A stretch of DNA of 64,000 bases, from the NCBI GenBank assembly GCA_010405405.1, contig MU004232.1:1817481-1881480 (forward strand), written 5' to 3'. The position numbers were made by a program, and so were the translations under genes. Numbering within the stretch: position 1 is the stretch's first letter; the number at the start of each line of letters is the position of its first letter. This DNA is from Microthyrium microscopicum (lineage: Eukaryota). Below the pieces are notes generated by a model. It searched no databases. It had not been told where the DNA came from and worked only from the letters and a program-made list of their open reading frames with translations. Below are positions 48,752 to 62,992 of this stretch, one piece after another.

Positions 48752-49857
48752 AGAGTTATTGCGACTTGATACTCTTTCGCCGTCTCCGACTCTCGCAACA
48801 CTGCTCTCATACTTGTCACCAACACGGCCACGCTCCCAGCTCAGTTGATGAAGGCCCAAGCGCACTTGCTTCCACATCAATTTCTGACGTAACTAGATCT
48901 TGATCATGGACATCGCTCCTTCGAATCTCAGCCTTATACAGTCCGTGCGTTAGCTTTGGGGAAGGAGCGAGTATCAACACCCGGTGCAACAACACCCGTT
49001 CTTTCCTCACCTCGAGATCGCGATCATGCTGTTCCTGCCGTTCAAGAGTTTGTTGTGATTGCTTTGGTGTTTTGGCCTGGTCGCGTTCCAGTTCTGGTCA
49101 CCGTCCGCCTTTGCCTCTTGCTATCACCAACCTCTCCCCATCACTCTACCTTCAAATCGCACCCTATCTGCCATCCGCAACTGGATTCTTGCCTTAGACT
49201 GCTCTTGCTCTTGTTGCTCTTGCCATTCTCGTGGCATTAACCTGCTCTTGGTCAAGTCACAAGCGCTGCCTAGTCCCCGGTTGGTGCTCGAGCTCCCACC
49301 GAGATTTAGTATTTCAGTCCTTGAACTCGAGCTCATCCTGCTCTTCTTCACACCACCTTTCCCTACAAATCCATTTCCATCTCCATCCTTTCTGCCTTGC
49401 CATCATCCTCTTGCTCTTTGCCTGTTCTCATTTCTCTACCTGTCAACATACCTGCTCTCATTTGGGTACGGGCTTCTCTGCCTCCGCCTTCATTCTGACC
49501 GTTTGGGCCCTTGTTGACTTCCAAAACGCCTCACATCCAACTCCATTTTCACCCAGCAGCTTCCTAAAATCTTGTAAGTCCGAGCCAACTCGCGTGCGCC
49601 GTCACCTTCACCTTTCCTTGACATCTTGTTTGTCAATCTTTCTCCCTTTACCTCATCTTGCTCTCAATCTTTGTCTTTCATCATCTGCACTACATTCACC
49701 ACCTCTTGTTTGGATCCAATCCCGCTCATTTCGAAAGGTTTTGCAACCGATTAATTCCACAATCACTGTCTACTTTTTATACTACAGCCACAAGCATAAT
49801 CAAACTAACACTGCCTATCAGTATCATTGTGTTCTTTGATTGCTGACTGCCATCATC

Positions 49858-52121
49858 ATGGACAACAACTCTGACTCTCAGGGTGAACGCGGCAAAGACC
49901 AGCGTCGCCGCATTCCGTTTGCTCGCAACAACAGCGCCTATGCTGATCTTACTCCACCATCGGGCTTAGTTGGTCTTGGTCGGGATTCCAGCCTCCACAA
50001 TCTTCAATCTATGCTCGGACAGTACAACAATATGGCTTCACCTTATGAGCCCAACGGCGGTGGAGTTTCTCTTACTCCAGCCCAAGCTGCTACTGGTTCC
50101 TTGTCTGGGATCGGCAACGGTGGATCGTTCGAAACTCAGTCCAACAACTCAAGCCATAGCGGCCACGAAGATGAGCTTGTCATGTTACGTCGCAAGCTCG
50201 AGGATGAAAAGCGTGAAAAGCAAATGCTGCAAGATGAATTGATGAAGAAAGATCGAGAAGTGCATCAAGCTCGCATTCATCAAAACGTTATGGCTCCATT
50301 CCTAGGTCCTTCAGATCCAATTGGAACTGGTCACCCATCTGCTTCCGAGACTCTACCAAACATGTTCGCCAACCTCAATTTCCGTAATTCTGGTCCTGAA
50401 CCACCCATGCCCTCCCCACTTGGTCGCGATTTCAACTCTGTGAAGCATATCTGGGATGGATCCAATGACAGCACTTCATCTCTTGGTTCAGCCCAGAATG
50501 GTCAAGCCATGTATCCGTCAAACAATCCGGGCATGGCTCCCGGATCCTGGATCAATTCTCGTAATGCCCTTCAAGGTATTCCCAACGGCTCTCAATATAC
50601 CAGCAATATGCAGGCTTACAACATGCAATTCGAAAACGGTACGAACAACACTCGCAATGGCACCATCAATGCTGGCGATGGGGCCAAGACATTTTCCCGT
50701 CGAGGGGTCATTCCTTCCATTCGTACTGATCTTGCTGGTCCCAACTCGATTTTCAACATGCCGGCACCATCTCCCAATGGACTCTATCCAGGCATAGGAA
50801 TGCCAGACACTCCAATGACTCCTAGCCAGGGTCAGTACCGTCTGTCTCCGACTGCCAATGAGTTCAATGCAAACGGGCGTGGCAACTGGGCACCGCAGAT
50901 GAGCTCTGCTCAGGGTCAGCTCACCATGCGTAGAAACTATGGTGCTCGTGCCCCGGCCACACCAACTGCTGACAACGACTGGGAAGCGTCTGTCCACAAA
51001 ATTGTCACAGCATCCGATCAGCAGCAATCCATCTTTATGCAACAAAAGATCAAATCTGCAGGCTTCGAGGAGAAATATCGTATGTGCGAAGCCATCGTTG
51101 GTCAATGTCTTGCGTTGGCTAGCAACCGCTTTGGAAACTTTCTTGTTCAGCGCTGTCTCGAACACGGCACTCCGGAGCAGATTGTTGCCGTTGCTAAGGC
51201 TCTTTGTACTCACATTGTCCAGCTAAGTAAAGACTCATTCGGTTGTCATGTCATCCAGAAAGCTTTCGACATTGTACCAGAGCAGTACAAAGCCACATTC
51301 GTCAACGAAATGCTCACAGATATTCGCCAAACTGTTGTCCACCGTTATGCTTGTCACGTCTGGCAAAAGCTCTTTGAGCTTCGTTGGAAATTTGATCCTC
51401 CTCAGATCATGATCACTGTCAACATGGAGCTAGATGGTAACTGGACCGATGTTGCCATGGGAGAGACGGGTAGTTTGGTTGTCCAGAATATCTTTGAGAA
51501 TTGTCTTGACGATGATAAGCGCCCATGCATTGAAGAAGTTCTTCAGAACATTGACACTATTTCTCGTGGCCAGTTTGGCAACTGGTGCATCCAGCACATT
51601 TGCGAAAATGGTGCTGATGCTGACCGCGACCGCGCTATCGGTCACATTCTCTCTCATGCTGCTGATTATTCCACTGATCAGTACGCCTCAAAGGTTGTCG
51701 AAAAATGTCTCAAGGTTGGCGGTTCCGATTTCCTCGAGGAATACTTGAACGAAGTCTGCGAACAAGCTACCGGTCGTACTCGTAGCGCTCTCATCGATAT
51801 TGCAAGCGATCAGTACGGCAACTATCTCATTCAGTGGGTCATCTCCAACTCTAGTCCTGAGCATCGTGATCGGGTCATTTCTCAAATTCGGTAAGTCCTT
51901 CAATCCTTTTCCACTGACAGATACTAATCAGTTGTAGTAAACATATGGTGTCTCTTCGTGGTTCCAAATATGGATCTCGTGTTGCAATGCTCTGCACCAA
52001 TCCTCAATCTCATACCCGTCCTGGTCCACCAGCCGGCCTTCCAGCGGCTACTCGATACAACAACGGCGGTAACTACAATTCCACACGTGGAGGCGGCAGC
52101 AATAATGGCTACCGCAACTAG
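49858..52121 (+). CDS. Pumilio/PUF-family RNA-binding protein; intron near the 3' end
   Basis: PUF repeats NRFGNFLVQRCLE, DSFGCHVIQKAFD, HRYACHVWQKLFE, GQFGNWCIQHICE, DQYASKVVEKCL, DQYGNYLIQW; last exon KHMVSLRGSKYGSRV. Confidence 0.93.
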
Positions 52122-53885
52122 ATTTTCCAATCTTACGGCTTTCTTGACGACCAATTTTCAGGCGTTTTTCTGCCACGGTCTGGAAAGATGTCACATTTAC
52201 AACACTTTTGCCTAGCAGCCTCTTGGATTGAGCGGACGCCTATTGTCCATGATGAGCATTGCTGACCTTTTGTCTTTAATGTCTACATCAAACATACTCG
52301 CAGCGTTTTTCGGTCTTCACTTTGCAACTGGACCCTCTTATTCTCGGTATTCTCAAAACATTCCACTCGGCTGCAGATGTTACGACACATGTTGAAGGAA
52401 CCACACAGTCACTAATACTCTTCTGATCACCACCCACCATGTTTTCTTTATCGGCAACCCACTTGTTTCATTCGCATGATTACCCACTTTGAGACTATAC
52501 TTGTGTATACTCCACTTCTGCTTCCATTCGGATCAAGAAGACATTCTGTTGTTTCATTACATTGCGTGGCGTTGTTGAAAAGAATTTACCAAAAGTTTTT
52601 CCCCGACAAAAAATCCTACAACAAAGATCAACCCAAAGCCCATTGCTACCTGTCAATCAGCAAAATCATTCTCTGCAGCTCTAATCACCTTGGACCTCAC
52701 GGTGTGGACGACATGGCTGAAGACTTGGATTTTGGCTTCCTCTCTGTATCTGGACTTGACTTGTGCTGTCAACCTGGATTCTCTGGCAGCCTTTATTTCC
52801 TATCTTTGGCATCTTGCTGAGCCTTGAACTCCACCCCTCCTCGAATATACGAGTTGCGCTCGAAGCTCTTGGGTTGTCTTCTATGTTGGTTGGTTTTTGC
52901 TTTGCTCTTTCTTTTTATACCTTTTGCTACCACACGAATACCCCAGCATTTCCCTCACAACCACTTTGCGACTGGCTTCTTTTAATGCACACCACATCCC
53001 TAATATTCCCACGGAAAAATCAGCAACAATTCGGTCACCTTCTCACCTTTCATGGGTAATATGCGGAGGATTGGGCTTGTCTTGTTATGCGCGGTTTTTC
53101 TTTTTTTGTTCTTATTACACTGTGTCCTTGGATCAACCTTGGTGTTTGTTTGTTTGATAGACTTGGGTCGGATGGCTGGCTGCTTTTGGGCTGGTCGGAT
53201 GGCTGGGTTTGATAGTTGTAGTTGCGTAGGATCGAATCAAATTTATGTATAAAAATGGGCTCTTTTGGATGTGATGACTTGGTGGATTGGTTGAGGAGTG
53301 TCGATGCTGGCTGTTGCGTTTCGATGTGCTCCTGAGCTTGCTTTGCTGTGTTGTTTGGATGAGGCCGGGCTTCTTGAGATCGCCAGATGAATAATTGGAT
53401 GCGGTTGATGCTGGGATGAGATTCATTGTCTCTAGTATAATTCAAAGCCTTGTTCGAACAGCGCCAGGCTTGAATGTCAAATCTTTTAGTCTTTCAAGCT
53501 TCTTGTCAAAGACAAGACGCTACGCCTGAATACTCGAGTGCAAGAGTCTTGTTTGAACATTGTCATTAAGTTAATACCCTCACGTCACATACCCGCCTTT
53601 GCCCGAAAGTCTACAATACAGAGCCACATAGCCAAAGGCTGCCATTACATACAACAACGGCTACGATATATTTCCCCAAGAGAATATCTCGCCCATCATT
53701 CAAAACGCTCATAACTCATACACTCTTCTTTTCCAACCCACCACCTCTGCCTCCACTATCGTTAATCACCACCGCTCTCCATCACCAACTCCATCTCTCT
53801 ACCATGCTCGCCTTTCTGTCTTCTCAGCACCCTCTCCCCATCCACATCACCTCCTCCACCAAATATCCCCCCTCGCACGAGAACA

Positions 53886-56172
53886 CTAAAACTCGCGCCC
53901 AGCCCTCTCCTCCGCACCCTCATCTTCCTTCACCGCAATAAGCACACCGACATCCCATCCCGTTCCCCACTCTACACACTCTTCTAGTATCTCGCTGTCC
54001 TCCCACCACCATTCTAGCACACCAGCTTCGCCGACACTGACGTAGGCGCCCCAACTATCTTTCCATAGCTCGCGGAGGACCATGGTGCCGATTTCGTGCG
54101 CTAGGACGTCACTGCCTGTTATGGCGGCTCCGTTTGAGTAGGCGCCATTCGAATGTCCGCTGTTGAGTGTGTTTGTGTCGATGATGGCGGCTGGAAGTCG
54201 GAGATGTCGGGTCATCTGCAGGGGACCGGGGAAACCTGTGCTTTGTGCGATGTTTGGGAGGAGAGCTGTTGGTTGCAGACAGCGGAGGTCGCGCTCGAGG
54301 TTTGGTAGGAGGTGTTGTTCTAGCCAAGTCGCGAGGCGGGGGCCTGTGGAGCCGCGGTCTGGTATGGCGTCGACGAGTCGGAGCTCGAGAGTGCCGGTTG
54401 GTTTGAGCACGCGGCGGCAGTCTGCGACTAGTGCGGGGAGGTGTGCTGCGGGGAGGAGAGAGGGGAGGCGCGCGGCGTGGATGTGGTGGACGGAGCGGGC
54501 GGCGTAGGGGAGGGAGAGGGATATGCCGTGGGTTGCTGGCGGGGGGCTGTAGCCGGTGGATGGGTAGGAGGTTGGGTGGGTGTTGTAGGTGTTGGTGTAG
54601 GCGGTTGGGTAGGTTATCGTTGGGAGGGTGTGTTGGGTTGCGGTTGGGGGTAGTGGATGGTGGGTGTCGGGATGGGAGGCTGGTTGGACTAGATGGACGA
54701 TTCGGGCGTCTGGGTGGATGTTTGCAACATGGTAGAGCTCAGCTGGACAGAGTGTTAGAACGTGTGATGAAAAAACGAAGACGAAACTTACCGATATTGC
54801 CGTCGAGTTCGATTATATTGCGACATTGTGTGAGAGAGGCGGATGGGGTGATTGGATGACGACTCGATTTGGTCCGTGAGAAACGATCGAGGATGGAGTG
54901 CTCGGCGGCATATATTGTCCAGAGCTGCTTTTCTAGCTGCATCTCGTCTCGGACAACAGGGTCGGCCGTGCTACGCCAGTCTTCGCATAGGCGATCGAGT
55001 ATGACCTTTGGGTTTGCAGTTTCCATCCGACGAACGAGACGCAGAAAGTGGTCGGCATTGGAAGTGAGAGCCTGAGTAGGCGTAGCCTGCCATTCCCGTA
55101 CTTCGTTGATGTTGCTGAGTGGCGATGAAACTCCTGCCAGAGTAGCTGGACTGGATGCTGAAGGATATGCTTCAGTTCTCACCATCTCCCATGAAGTCTG
55201 AGGCATTGGCGGTGGCGGTTGGAGATATTGGTCGTTATACTCGAACGAAGGAGGCATCGGAGAGTGTGTTCGGCCCATATGCTGGTGCTGAGGAGCTACA
55301 TAATCCAAGACTGCAGGAAATTCATGGTTTTTCGATCTTGAAGGAGTCTTGGGAGTATAATCGATAATGCGCGGTTTACTAGGCGAGCATATTCGAACAT
55401 TTCTTGTCTCTCTTTCTTGATATTGGGAATCAGATTCCCATACAGATTCGCCTATGGTAGAAGCTTCTGGTGAAGGATGCTAGTAAAGTTAGCATCGTAG
55501 ATGTGGTTTAGTGGTTTGAAATACCTGTAGCGACAAGGGAGAATATCTTTCGGGATATTGCTCTTGAACAGGTGTTGACTGTGAGCTTTGTAATGCAAGA
55601 ATCCTCTCTTTGACATCATCATATGATTGACAAAGTTCGTTAGCATCATTCTCGGCCAAGAGACGCAAGTCTCGCAAACCGCGCTCCACTTTTCTCGGTC
55701 AGTAAAGTCTGCGAAGGAGAGGCTAGTACATACACAGGACACTATCCGTGGAGATGGCCGGATTGAAGCTTTGTGCAAAGTCTTGATATACGGGACCAGG
55801 TTGGTTTTCCAGGCGCTCGGTGGACAAGGCGAATGGAGACTGGCCACGGAAGTAGACTGGCTCTCTATCCTTTTGCTGGAGAAGAGTAGGAACTCTTTCA
55901 ATCTTGAAGACCGGCTTTTCTGGGGTGATAGGCTTCTTTTTCTTTCCATTCAAGCGAGGCCGTTTGAATGCTGAAGATATTCTCTCCGAGAACGGTTTTG
56001 AGTGAGTATGGTTGTTTCTGTGGCCTGGTTGACTAGATGATACACTGCTCGGTCCACTAGAGCTGGAGGTATTACCTGCCGGCGTAGTTGAAGCTTGACG
56101 AGCTTTTCTTTGACGTCTCTCTCCAACTCGCTCCTCGGTCGTCTCTTTCCAGGACAAATCGGCGGCGAACAT
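53886..56172 (-). CDS. Fungal protein with a C-terminal SAM-methyltransferase-like domain; multi-exon, exon limits approximate
   Basis: MFAADLSW...ERVGERRQRK N-terminus; LPYAARSVHHIH...DCRRVLKPTGTLELRLVD; WWWEDSEILEECVEWGT. Confidence 0.7.
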
Positions 56173-57673
56173 GGCGCAAATGAACTGGAATATGAGAGCC
56201 TAAATGGCAGCGATTACCACGTTGTGGAGCAGTAAGCTCGCCAGCCACGCAATAGATAGTGAGAAAATCCAGTCGAGTACCCAAATACTGAGAAGAAAGA
56301 TAGTGGTCGAGGAACAGAGGGTGTTAGGCTACAATGGAAGGAAGTGGGATAGCGGGCACAGCACGAGGCGCCTTCCGAACAATGAAACGGCAAGACAGAG
56401 AAATGATTGCAGATTAGAGAAGGTGCAAAGCACAGCTGGATTCAAATGCTTCAAGGTCTTTTAAACATGCAATATTCTGCAAGGCAAATGTGACCCTGCT
56501 GAGTAGACTGGAACGCTGGGAGAAGACTACGCCCTGGGAGAGAAGCATCACTTCAAGGGACTCAATTGTAAACACATGTACCTGGCTGCAAGTACATTGC
56601 TGTCTCTAGTACTCTAGAAAAGCTGAGTATTTGGGTATCTTAGCTCGCGCTCCAAGGTTGGGTGCGGTCTCTTTCGAGACTGTGGCGTTCAGTGTTCCTT
56701 TATGGGACAATGGTACTAGTTTTTGTACAACGTGGGCTGTCAATCCCAGTCTCTTCTGCAACAACATGGTGTGGCAGCAGAAGAGCCCGGTCCTAGCTGG
56801 CTGAACAGCCTTGCAGTGGTTGGAGACAAGTAACTTATGAACCACTGGCGACATGGAAGGTTATCGTGCTGCAGGCAGTCGAGTGCACCACGGTTGCTGG
56901 CTTGAAGTGACTGATACATGCGTGTATAGTCTCAGGTCAATGGACTTTGGAAGGCGAGAGAAACTACGGTAGATAACCGTACCGTCAACTTGACACAAGC
57001 CATGTGGTCTTTGATGCGGTGGATTGATTTGTAGCAACTGGGCCTGTGATCAATTGCTGTCGCCTTAGCAGACGGTGGCCCAACCATCGACTTCCTTTCA
57101 GCCTTGCATGTCGCCTTCCACGTTGAGAAAGAAGGTATAAACAGACATTTTAATCCATGGCATGAGCATGGCAGTCTGGCAGAACCCATGTGCAGATACC
57201 GCAGGAACGGCCCACGATGGAAGCTAAATAGACTAACCAGGAAGTATCGTGGGGTCCCGTCGGGAAGTAGCTACCGCCTTGTTTGTATCTCTTGATACAC
57301 TTGGTATTGTCCAATCGCTCCATATAGTAGTTGCCATGCGCGACAGAAGTCCTGACTCCTACAGTAGTAATGTATACCTAGATATGCTGCGAGGGATAAG
57401 TCGTGGCCATCGTCCTACCTAAACATGGACCTGTATCCCTGTGCGACTGCTCTACCGTGTCTTCCGAGTTGGGCGTTGATATTCAGACTTCATTGGCTCT
57501 CATTTCGTTTGTCGCACTCTTTCTTCTCTTCACCTTTCAACAAATTCTTCACACTCGTTAAAATTCCCTTAATTGCATAATTGCGCCTGCTTTGCGGGGG
57601 AACCAACGGTTTGAGGCTGCCGAATATATACCTTCCCTAGCCGCCGCAAGCCTTCTTCTACCCTCTCTTTAAC

Positions 57674-59991
57674 ATGTTCATGTCTGAACCTCCAAGCCCT
57701 CGTCAACACACTACTTCAAGTATGGATAGAGTTCGAGAGCTCTATCATGCTGTCGACCAGCGCGTTGGGCGCTCGACCTTTGGACGTATCTTCCGTCTCG
57801 AGGGTTGTGGCCATGTAAGTTATCACTGTCCGACAACAAATCTCCAAACATCCCCATCGAACTTCTGCTAACACACAACACAGGAGAAAGAAATCCAAAA
57901 AGCCCGGTTTCTGACTGAAATCCGCGCAGGGTTGACTACTTTCTTTACCATGTAAGTTTGCGCCTCACAACCAGACTCAAAGCCCCTGGAACTAATTCAA
58001 TAACACAGGGCATATATAATCGCCGTCAACTCGAGTGTCCTTACCGACTCTGGTGCCACATGTGTCTGCGGTGACCAAATAAACCCGACTTGCAACATGA
58101 ACAATGAGCATGCTCAACAGTACAACATATGCCTCCTAGGTGAGCCTTGCTTTTTCTACCTCTTGGTTGTATGACTCTCTAACCTCGATTTAGGTGTCAA
58201 GAGAGATTTGATTACGGCGACTGCTGCAATTTCCGGGCTCGCTTCTTTCCTTTTTGGTTTCTTGACCAACATGCCAGTCGCTCTTGCGTTAGTCTCTTGT
58301 GTGGTTTGAGACAAAAAAGCATTCTAATTCTCCTTTTAGTCCGGGCATGGGACTCAATGCCTACTTTGCCTACCAAGTTGTTGGATATCATGGTTCTGGC
58401 AGTGTGCCGTATGGCTTGGCGTTGGCGGCTGTCTTCATTGAAGGCTTCGTCTTCATCTTTCTTTCGTTACTCGGTATGCGACAATGGCTCGTTCGGTTGC
58501 TCCCCACTTCCGTCAAGGTGGCCAGTGGATGCGGCATCGGCCTTTTCCTGGCCCTGGTTGGTCTTTCGTACTCCTCGGGAATTGGTGCTATTTCGGGCGG
58601 TGCGAATGCTACACCACTCGACATTGCCGGTTGTCCCCAGCAGTACCTAGACCCTGTCACTGGACACTGTACGGGCCACAAAATGACAAGTCCTAACGCA
58701 AGTACCTTGTAGCGAAGAAGACTGAGAAATGATACTGACTGTGCTATTAGCTATGGATCGGGTTTATTCTTGGAGGTGTACTGACCGCCTATCTTATGGC
58801 ATACAAGGTTAAAATTGCCATCATCGTGGGAATCACGATCGTTTCCATCATATCCTGGCCGTAAGTCGATGATAACCGCATTACCCATTTTCATTCCTAA
58901 CCAGTCGCGCAGACGCTCAACAAGTTTCACTTACTTCCCCCACACCCCAGAAGGCGACGACCGCTTCGAATTCTTCCGCCATGTCGCCACCTTCCATCCC
59001 ATCCAACACACCCTCAACGCTGTAGACTGGGACATCGGCAAAGCGAAATCGCAGTTCGTTCTTGCCCTCTTCACCTTCTTGTACGTGGACATCATAGACT
59101 GTACCGCCACTCTCTACAGCATGGCCCGCTTCTCCGGTGTCGTCGATGAAAAGTCTGGCGACTTTCCACGCTCCACCCTAGCCTACTGCACCGACGCGAT
59201 CTGCATCTCGATTGGCGCCCTGTTCGGCTGCAGCCCGGTAACCGTGTTCATCGAGTCGGCAGCCGGGATCACGGAAGGCGGAAAGACGGGTCTAACCGCC
59301 ATGACCACTGGCGTGTGTTTCTTCATCTCGCTCTTCTTCGCGCCAATCTTTGCCTCGATCCCGCCCTGGGCGACAGGCGGCACACTGGTTCTTGTAAGTG
59401 ATCTCTCATCTCATTCTATTGATTGAATGGTTACTTACAGCTAAATAGGTCGGATGCATGATGATGCGCCAGGTAGCCCACATCAACTGGAAATACATCG
59501 GCGACACAGTTCCCGCCTTCGTCACCTTGATGTTCATGCCATTCAGCTACTCCATCGCCTACGGCCTCATCGCGTAAGTCTTCCCCCTCAACACCCTATC
59601 ACGCCCACTGTTCCCTTTTCTCTAGCAACCTTGTTGTACCCACTAACATCCCCCATCCAGCGGCCTCCTAACCTACATCCTCCTCAACGGCTCCATCTAC
59701 CTAACCCGCAAACTCACCCGCGGCAAACTCATCCCCATCGACGAAGACGAGCGCGAATACTGGTCCTACAAAATCGCCGGCCCCGCTCCCTGGTTCATGC
59801 GCGCCTTTCGCGGATCCCGCGACGGTCTACCAGCCGCCGAAGGGCATGAAGGCTTGGCCTCAGCGGGCGAAGGGAATCGCCAGAGTCTGCACAGTGATGT
59901 GATGAGTGTGGAAGATAAGCCGGACAGTGGGGATGTGACGGGGATAGAGAATAGTCACAGCTTGGGCGATAATAGCACCACGCGCGTCTAG
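57674..59991 (+). CDS. azgA: AzgA-like purine permease; multi-exon
   Basis: TEIRAGLTTFFTM/AYIIAVN, PGMGLNAYFAYQVVG, DCTATLY, PVTVFIESAAGITEGGKTGLTA, MPFSYSIAYGLI. Confidence 0.9.
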
Positions 59992-60272
59992 ATGGAGTAG
60001 TTGTGGTGTCTGATGGATTGCTGCATAAGTGGAGAATTGGTGGTGGTGGCTGTTCAGGAGAGTATGTGACTAGAGGCGGTTAATGTGTATCTGAATAGCT
60101 TATGCGTGGTGTAATGAGTAGGTTTGGAGATAGATGTGGGGAAAAATGATGTGCATGCTCTGAGTGGAAGCGTTTGATTGTACCCCAAGCGGAGACATGG
60201 AGCGTTATGGATAGTGCAGTGATAAACTGTATTCTCGCGAATAAACTATCTCCTGCCATGCATATTATCATC

Positions 60273-62727
60273 TCAAGTCGATAGCGCTAGACACGCATCA
60301 ACTGCACTCCCAATTCTGCTCGCGTTAGTATTGTCATCCTGTTTTGGGGGTGTATGAAATCTTACCGTCCTTCGTTCGCCCGCACCACATCCACCACAAC
60401 TTCGCGATCCAGGTCCGGAAACATCCCACACAACGTCTCCACTACATGGCCTTCCTCCCTGACCCTTAACCGCCTTGCTTCTTCCGCCTCTTTACTCGCC
60501 TGTCGCGCCGCCATATCCTCCGCATTGCCCTGTCCTGTCCGCTGGCCCGCTGGACTATCCGCGCTCACCGCTCCCCTCAGTGCTGGACTCAATCGAGGCG
60601 GTGGCTGTGGGGTTGTTGGCGGCATATGGCTCTGCTGCTGCGGCGGTGGTTGTGCCGGAGGTGCACCTTCGTCCGAGAAAATTCGACCTATCGTTGATAG
60701 TGGTCGTTGAATCGTGCGCAATAGGCCTGCGACAGCGGCATTCTCATCCTCGCCATCATCGCTAGCCGGCCGACCGTTGCGGCGCGGAAGGGGCGGCGGA
60801 CCATCAGATGGTTGGGGACGTGGCGGTACTGGAGGTTTGGGCTCTTCGGCGGCGTGGCGCTCGGCGATGGCGGAGACAGAAGCTTCGACGTTCTTTTCAA
60901 AGTCTGCGTCGGAAATGGTTAGGGAGGTGCGATCGAGGCGTTCGATGAAATCGATGGCGCCACCCTGGAGTTATTAGTAAAAGGTAAGAGAGGAGCGTGA
61001 GGGGAATATGTACGAGAGAGGAGACGTAGTAACCCGCTTCGCCAGTGAGCTTGTTGGCGTTACGGAATCGTAGGATGTATTGAACGTTGGAGACAAGGTT
61101 GGGAGGGTTGGCGCGGAGGACGGTGTAAATGAGAAGTGGAACGAAGGAGTCGGCCGATTGGTCGTGTTGGGCGTTTTTTAAGAAGCCTATGCTTGTGAGT
61201 AGCGGACAACTATATGATCCATGGAATCGTACCGAATATGACTTTGCAGCAGTTTAGGACGCAAATGACTTTATCTCTAGGAGCGCGATAGTTGCCGATT
61301 TTGAGTAGTTCTAATTTGATTAGCTAGTGGTCAGAGTATTGTGAAGACAACGTACCTTGTTGAGCTAATGAGAGAAACTTGCGTCCCTTGTCGCTTACAG
61401 ACTTGATATCTAGATGCTCTTCTCTCACCCAGCTATATATTCTTACTTTCTGTGCCAGTACTTCGTCTCTTTCTATATCCTCCTGATGCTGGCCCCGTCG
61501 ACCTGGTGGAGGTGCTCCGCCAGTCCTCCGCTTACCCCTGGAAGCAATTGGATCTGGAGGTGATATCTCGGGAGAAAATGTTTGTGAATATAGGCGATTC
61601 ATGACCAGTTTCTCCATACCCTCGCAAGCGTTATCAAACTCTGCATCTGAAACCGTTCGCCATATCTCGCATTGCGCCATCTTCTTCGATATGAAGTCCA
61701 AGAAATCCGACACAATCTTGACTTGTTCGTGTACCATCCATTGCTTTTTGCTGAACTCCTGAAGAAACGATCTTAGAAATCTTGCCACGGGGTCCGCGCT
61801 ACGATGTCGCAATTGCTCGAGGAATCTATGGAAGTCGAATGGCTGGTCTGAATCGGGGTCGGGTTGAGGAGGTGCTGGAGCGAGGTGGCGAGTGCTGACT
61901 GGGGATGAGGGAGTGGGCGTTGGAGTACTGTCTTTTGGTATCGATTCGATACCAAGACCAGTGGGTGATGAGCTTATGAGTGATGATGATCGAGGTGGTA
62001 ATTGTTGACTGGAGCTAGGCGAATGTGCAGCGTTATCGCTAGGTAATAGAGACGTTTGCGATCCGGATTGCAATGGCTCAAGGCTTGATTTTCGGGGTGG
62101 ATGAGGTAGCAGTGGAGATCCAAGCATTGGACCAGCAATCACCATTCGTGGAGACATGATCTCGTCAGCCCCTGGTCCTCCTTCTGCGAACTGGTCCATG
62201 ATACTTTGAATCTCTGACCGGCTATCATCATCTCCTCCATTGCTTCGTGCCTTTTCCGTGATATCGGAAGCATCTTGGTCCGCATCAGCCAGCTTATATG
62301 CCTCTTTCTCCGGATCTAGATTGGGGGATTTCGATGGCTTGGAGTCCGATGCGATGGCGAATCTCTCGTCTTTCGGCGGTAGAGGCGGAGGCGGAGGTGA
62401 GGCCTCTTTGCTACTCTTTGCGGTATTCATGTGTAATGCGGGTGGTACTGGTTTGGGCGATAACGCGCCAGAAGTGTCCGACAGCTCTAGCCCGTCACCT
62501 GTACTCGGCTGAGGGCCATCTGACAGTGATGTTTTCCCTTCAGCTAATGTGTCCACAGATAGCTCAGGTTTGTGATCTTGTATCGGCTTCGTCAGATTTG
62601 AATCTGAACCATCCTCAGACACTGGAGCCTGTTCACCATCGAGTGCGGGGTTGCTATTTTGGGAAGGGATGAGCTCAGAGTTCGGTACAGGTGGTTCAGA
62701 GGATACTGGCGGGTCCGGAGGAGACAT
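60273..62727 (-). CDS. VPS9: Vps9 Rab5-family GEF with C-terminal CUE domain; multi-exon
   Basis: [59 protein letters not shown]...AVDACLALS. Confidence 0.94.
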
Positions 62728-62992
62728 AAGATCCTCGATATATGGATATATGGCTCATGCGCCTGTCTAGTCGGTCAAGATATGTATAAGAGGGTGTTGT
62801 ATGGGTGCATGAAGACTGGGAATAGCTTCACGAATCACGATGATGTGAATCCAATGCCAAGACTTCAGAGCTTCATTGCGCACGGACCCCTTGAATTTCT
62901 ACTTCATCTCCAAAGTCTTGTGCCTCAAGTCTCCAACAATACATCCTCATCTGGTCACAAGACATTTCCATCGGCTCATTCGGGCCGTTGAA

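Noticed and set aside
48956..49846. Overlapping Leu/Ser/Phe-rich ORFs and the many antisense ORFs within genes
   Set aside because: Explained by pyrimidine-rich composition or codon bias of the real gene on the other strand; no domain signal.
62728..62992. ASDURF-like upstream ORF as in animal ASNSD1
   Set aside because: Only 265 bp shared with divergent VPS9, and no prefoldin-like coiled-coil ORF is recognisable.
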